Origin: Gracilinanus agilis
Taxonomy: Eukaryota
Reading direction: 5' to 3'
NCBI RefSeq assembly: GCF_016433145.1
Contig: NC_058134.1
Coordinates: forward strand, 216,762,137 to 216,826,136
DNA length: 64,000 nucleotides
The position numbers were made by a program, and so were the translations under genes. Within the stretch, counting starts at the first letter, position 1. Each line of letters starts with the position of its first letter. Positions 62,553-64,000 of the stretch are shown here, one piece after another. Under the pieces are notes generated by a model that saw nothing but the letters and a program-made list of their open reading frames with translations, made no database searches and was not told where the DNA came from.

Positions 62553-63617
62553 GCCTCAGAGATCATCTTTTCCAACCATGTTTATAGCTAAAGAGACTGA
62601 GGCCCAAGGAAGGGTCCCAGGCCTCACCTTTCTGCAGTCAATGAGTCACATTTCTGAAGGGCCTCTCACCCAACCCAGGTCTGGGCCATATGGACACAGC
62701 CTGTTCTTCTCTGCTCTCCTCTGGAGTTCTTGGGAGAAATCAAGGCAAAGTGGGCCAAGCCCTGGCATTTGGGGTCAGAGGCCCTGGGGTCCCATCCTCT
62801 GGGGCCAATCAGTCCCCCAAGTGAGTCTCAGGCTCTCTGCGTGGTCCCGGGAAGGCCTGGCACAAAAAGGCCCCTCAGGTCCTAACAGATCTAGAATTCT
62901 GAGAATGTTTTTCGTCAGCGTTGGGAGGGGCCCTAAACACCTCCTCTTCCAAGCCTGTTTTTCTAGCAGAGACCTCACTCACCCCGACTTCTTCTTCCTC
63001 CTTCCCCCCAGCTTCCCAGCCAGGGGATCCTTTCTGCCACCCCCCCTTCCTCCTGTTCCTGGGGCAGCTGAAACCAGCCCAGGCAGCCCTGCCTCCCCAC
63101 ACCAGGGGATGCCCTTGTAAGGGCCTGCCTGGCGTGGGGGCCCTGGAAGCCTGACCGGGCCGCACTGTACGAGGGCGGAGCCAAGCCCTAGAGCAGCTCC
63201 ATCCATCTCTCACTTCCCAAAGTGGTGAGCTTTGGGTTGGTTTGTTTGGGTTTTCCTGGGAGGAGGGTGTTGGCTGGTAATTCAATCAATGCAGGGACTC
63301 ATCCCAGTATGGAAGCTCCCTCCCTGGAGCAGATTGGTGCCTCTTCTGCAAGGATGTCCTAGACTATAAATCCCTAAATTCCAGGGGCCTGAGAGGTTCA
63401 CTTACGTGCCTGGGGCTCTGCAACCCATATATAGCAGGGGTGGCATGTGAACCCAGGTCTGCCGACCCCCCAGTCACTCTGCCAACAGGCCTGTCCCCAA
63501 GCTGTACACGTAGGCTAAAGGGAGCAGAAAGGATGCAGGAGGCATCCCTGTTCTAAAATGCAGTCAGTCAGTCAATAAGCACTAAAGTACCAGGGATGGA
63601 GACACAAGACTGAGCCA

Positions 63618-63830
63618 GGGGGCAGCTGGGTGGCTCAGTGGATTGAGAGCCAGGCCTAGAGACAGGAGGTCCTGGGTTCCAATCTGGCCTCAGACACTTC
63701 CTAGCTAAATGACCCTGGGCAAGTCACTTGACCCCCATTGCCTACCCTTACTGCTCTTCTGCCTTGGAGCCGATACACAGTACTGATTCTAAGATGGAAA
63801 ATAAAGGTTTAAAAAAAAATTTTTTTTTTT
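63618..63830 (+). mobile_element. SINE1_Mdo-like
   Basis: Full SINE body. Confidence 0.88.
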
Positions 63831-64000
63831 TTTAAAGACTGAGTTAAACACAGATTTCTCCCTATCAGCTGTGCCCCAAGAAGGGACAGTCCAGCAATGA
63901 AATGTGCATCCCAGAGTCTGGGCCCCAGAGCCACCTCTGCCTCCTCTACCCCCCTTTACAGAGCTTTAGGGCGTCTCTCCCCATTTCTCCCCTAAAAGAA

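Noticed and set aside
58240-64000. MICALL1 exon 1 (MAGPRGALLAWCRR-like start of the CH domain)
   Set aside because: Not found in any minus frame; it must lie beyond base 64000

Overview
GC-rich vertebrate genomic DNA from a marsupial. The dominant SINE matches what I recognise as the SINE1_Mdo/MAR1 families, so the source is most likely the opossum Monodelphis domestica or a close didelphid (inference). The window holds the conserved SOX10 - POLR2F - C22orf23 - MICALL1 block. SOX10 (+): last two coding exons, with the first coding exon lying before base 1. POLR2F (-): complete, 5 coding exons, 127 aa. C22orf23/EVG1 (+): complete, 6 coding exons, 218 aa, head-to-head with POLR2F across a CpG-rich promoter. 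MICALL1 (-): coding exons 2-16, with exon 1 beyond base 64000. I walked all splice junctions by hand; all are GT-AG with consistent phase. The rest is about 20 SINE1-type copies, MAR1/MIR/L2/CR1/L1 fragments, a probable solo LTR, microsatellites and a 363-nt assembly gap. I found no new protein-coding system. The most unusual items are non-coding: (1) a 127-bp TG...CA element with 40-bp terminal inverted repeats and a 4-bp target duplication in a C22orf23 intron; (2) six same-orientation RFX X-box-like motifs in the bidirectional promoter; (3) a duplicated CTCF-like site whose copies differ only at CpG-decay positions; (4) a candidate SOX10 3' enhancer with a 14-bp inverted repeat and SoxE dimer-like sites; (5) MIR-like minisatellites that arose at more than one site. 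All motif and repeat-family calls are by eye and need computational confirmation.
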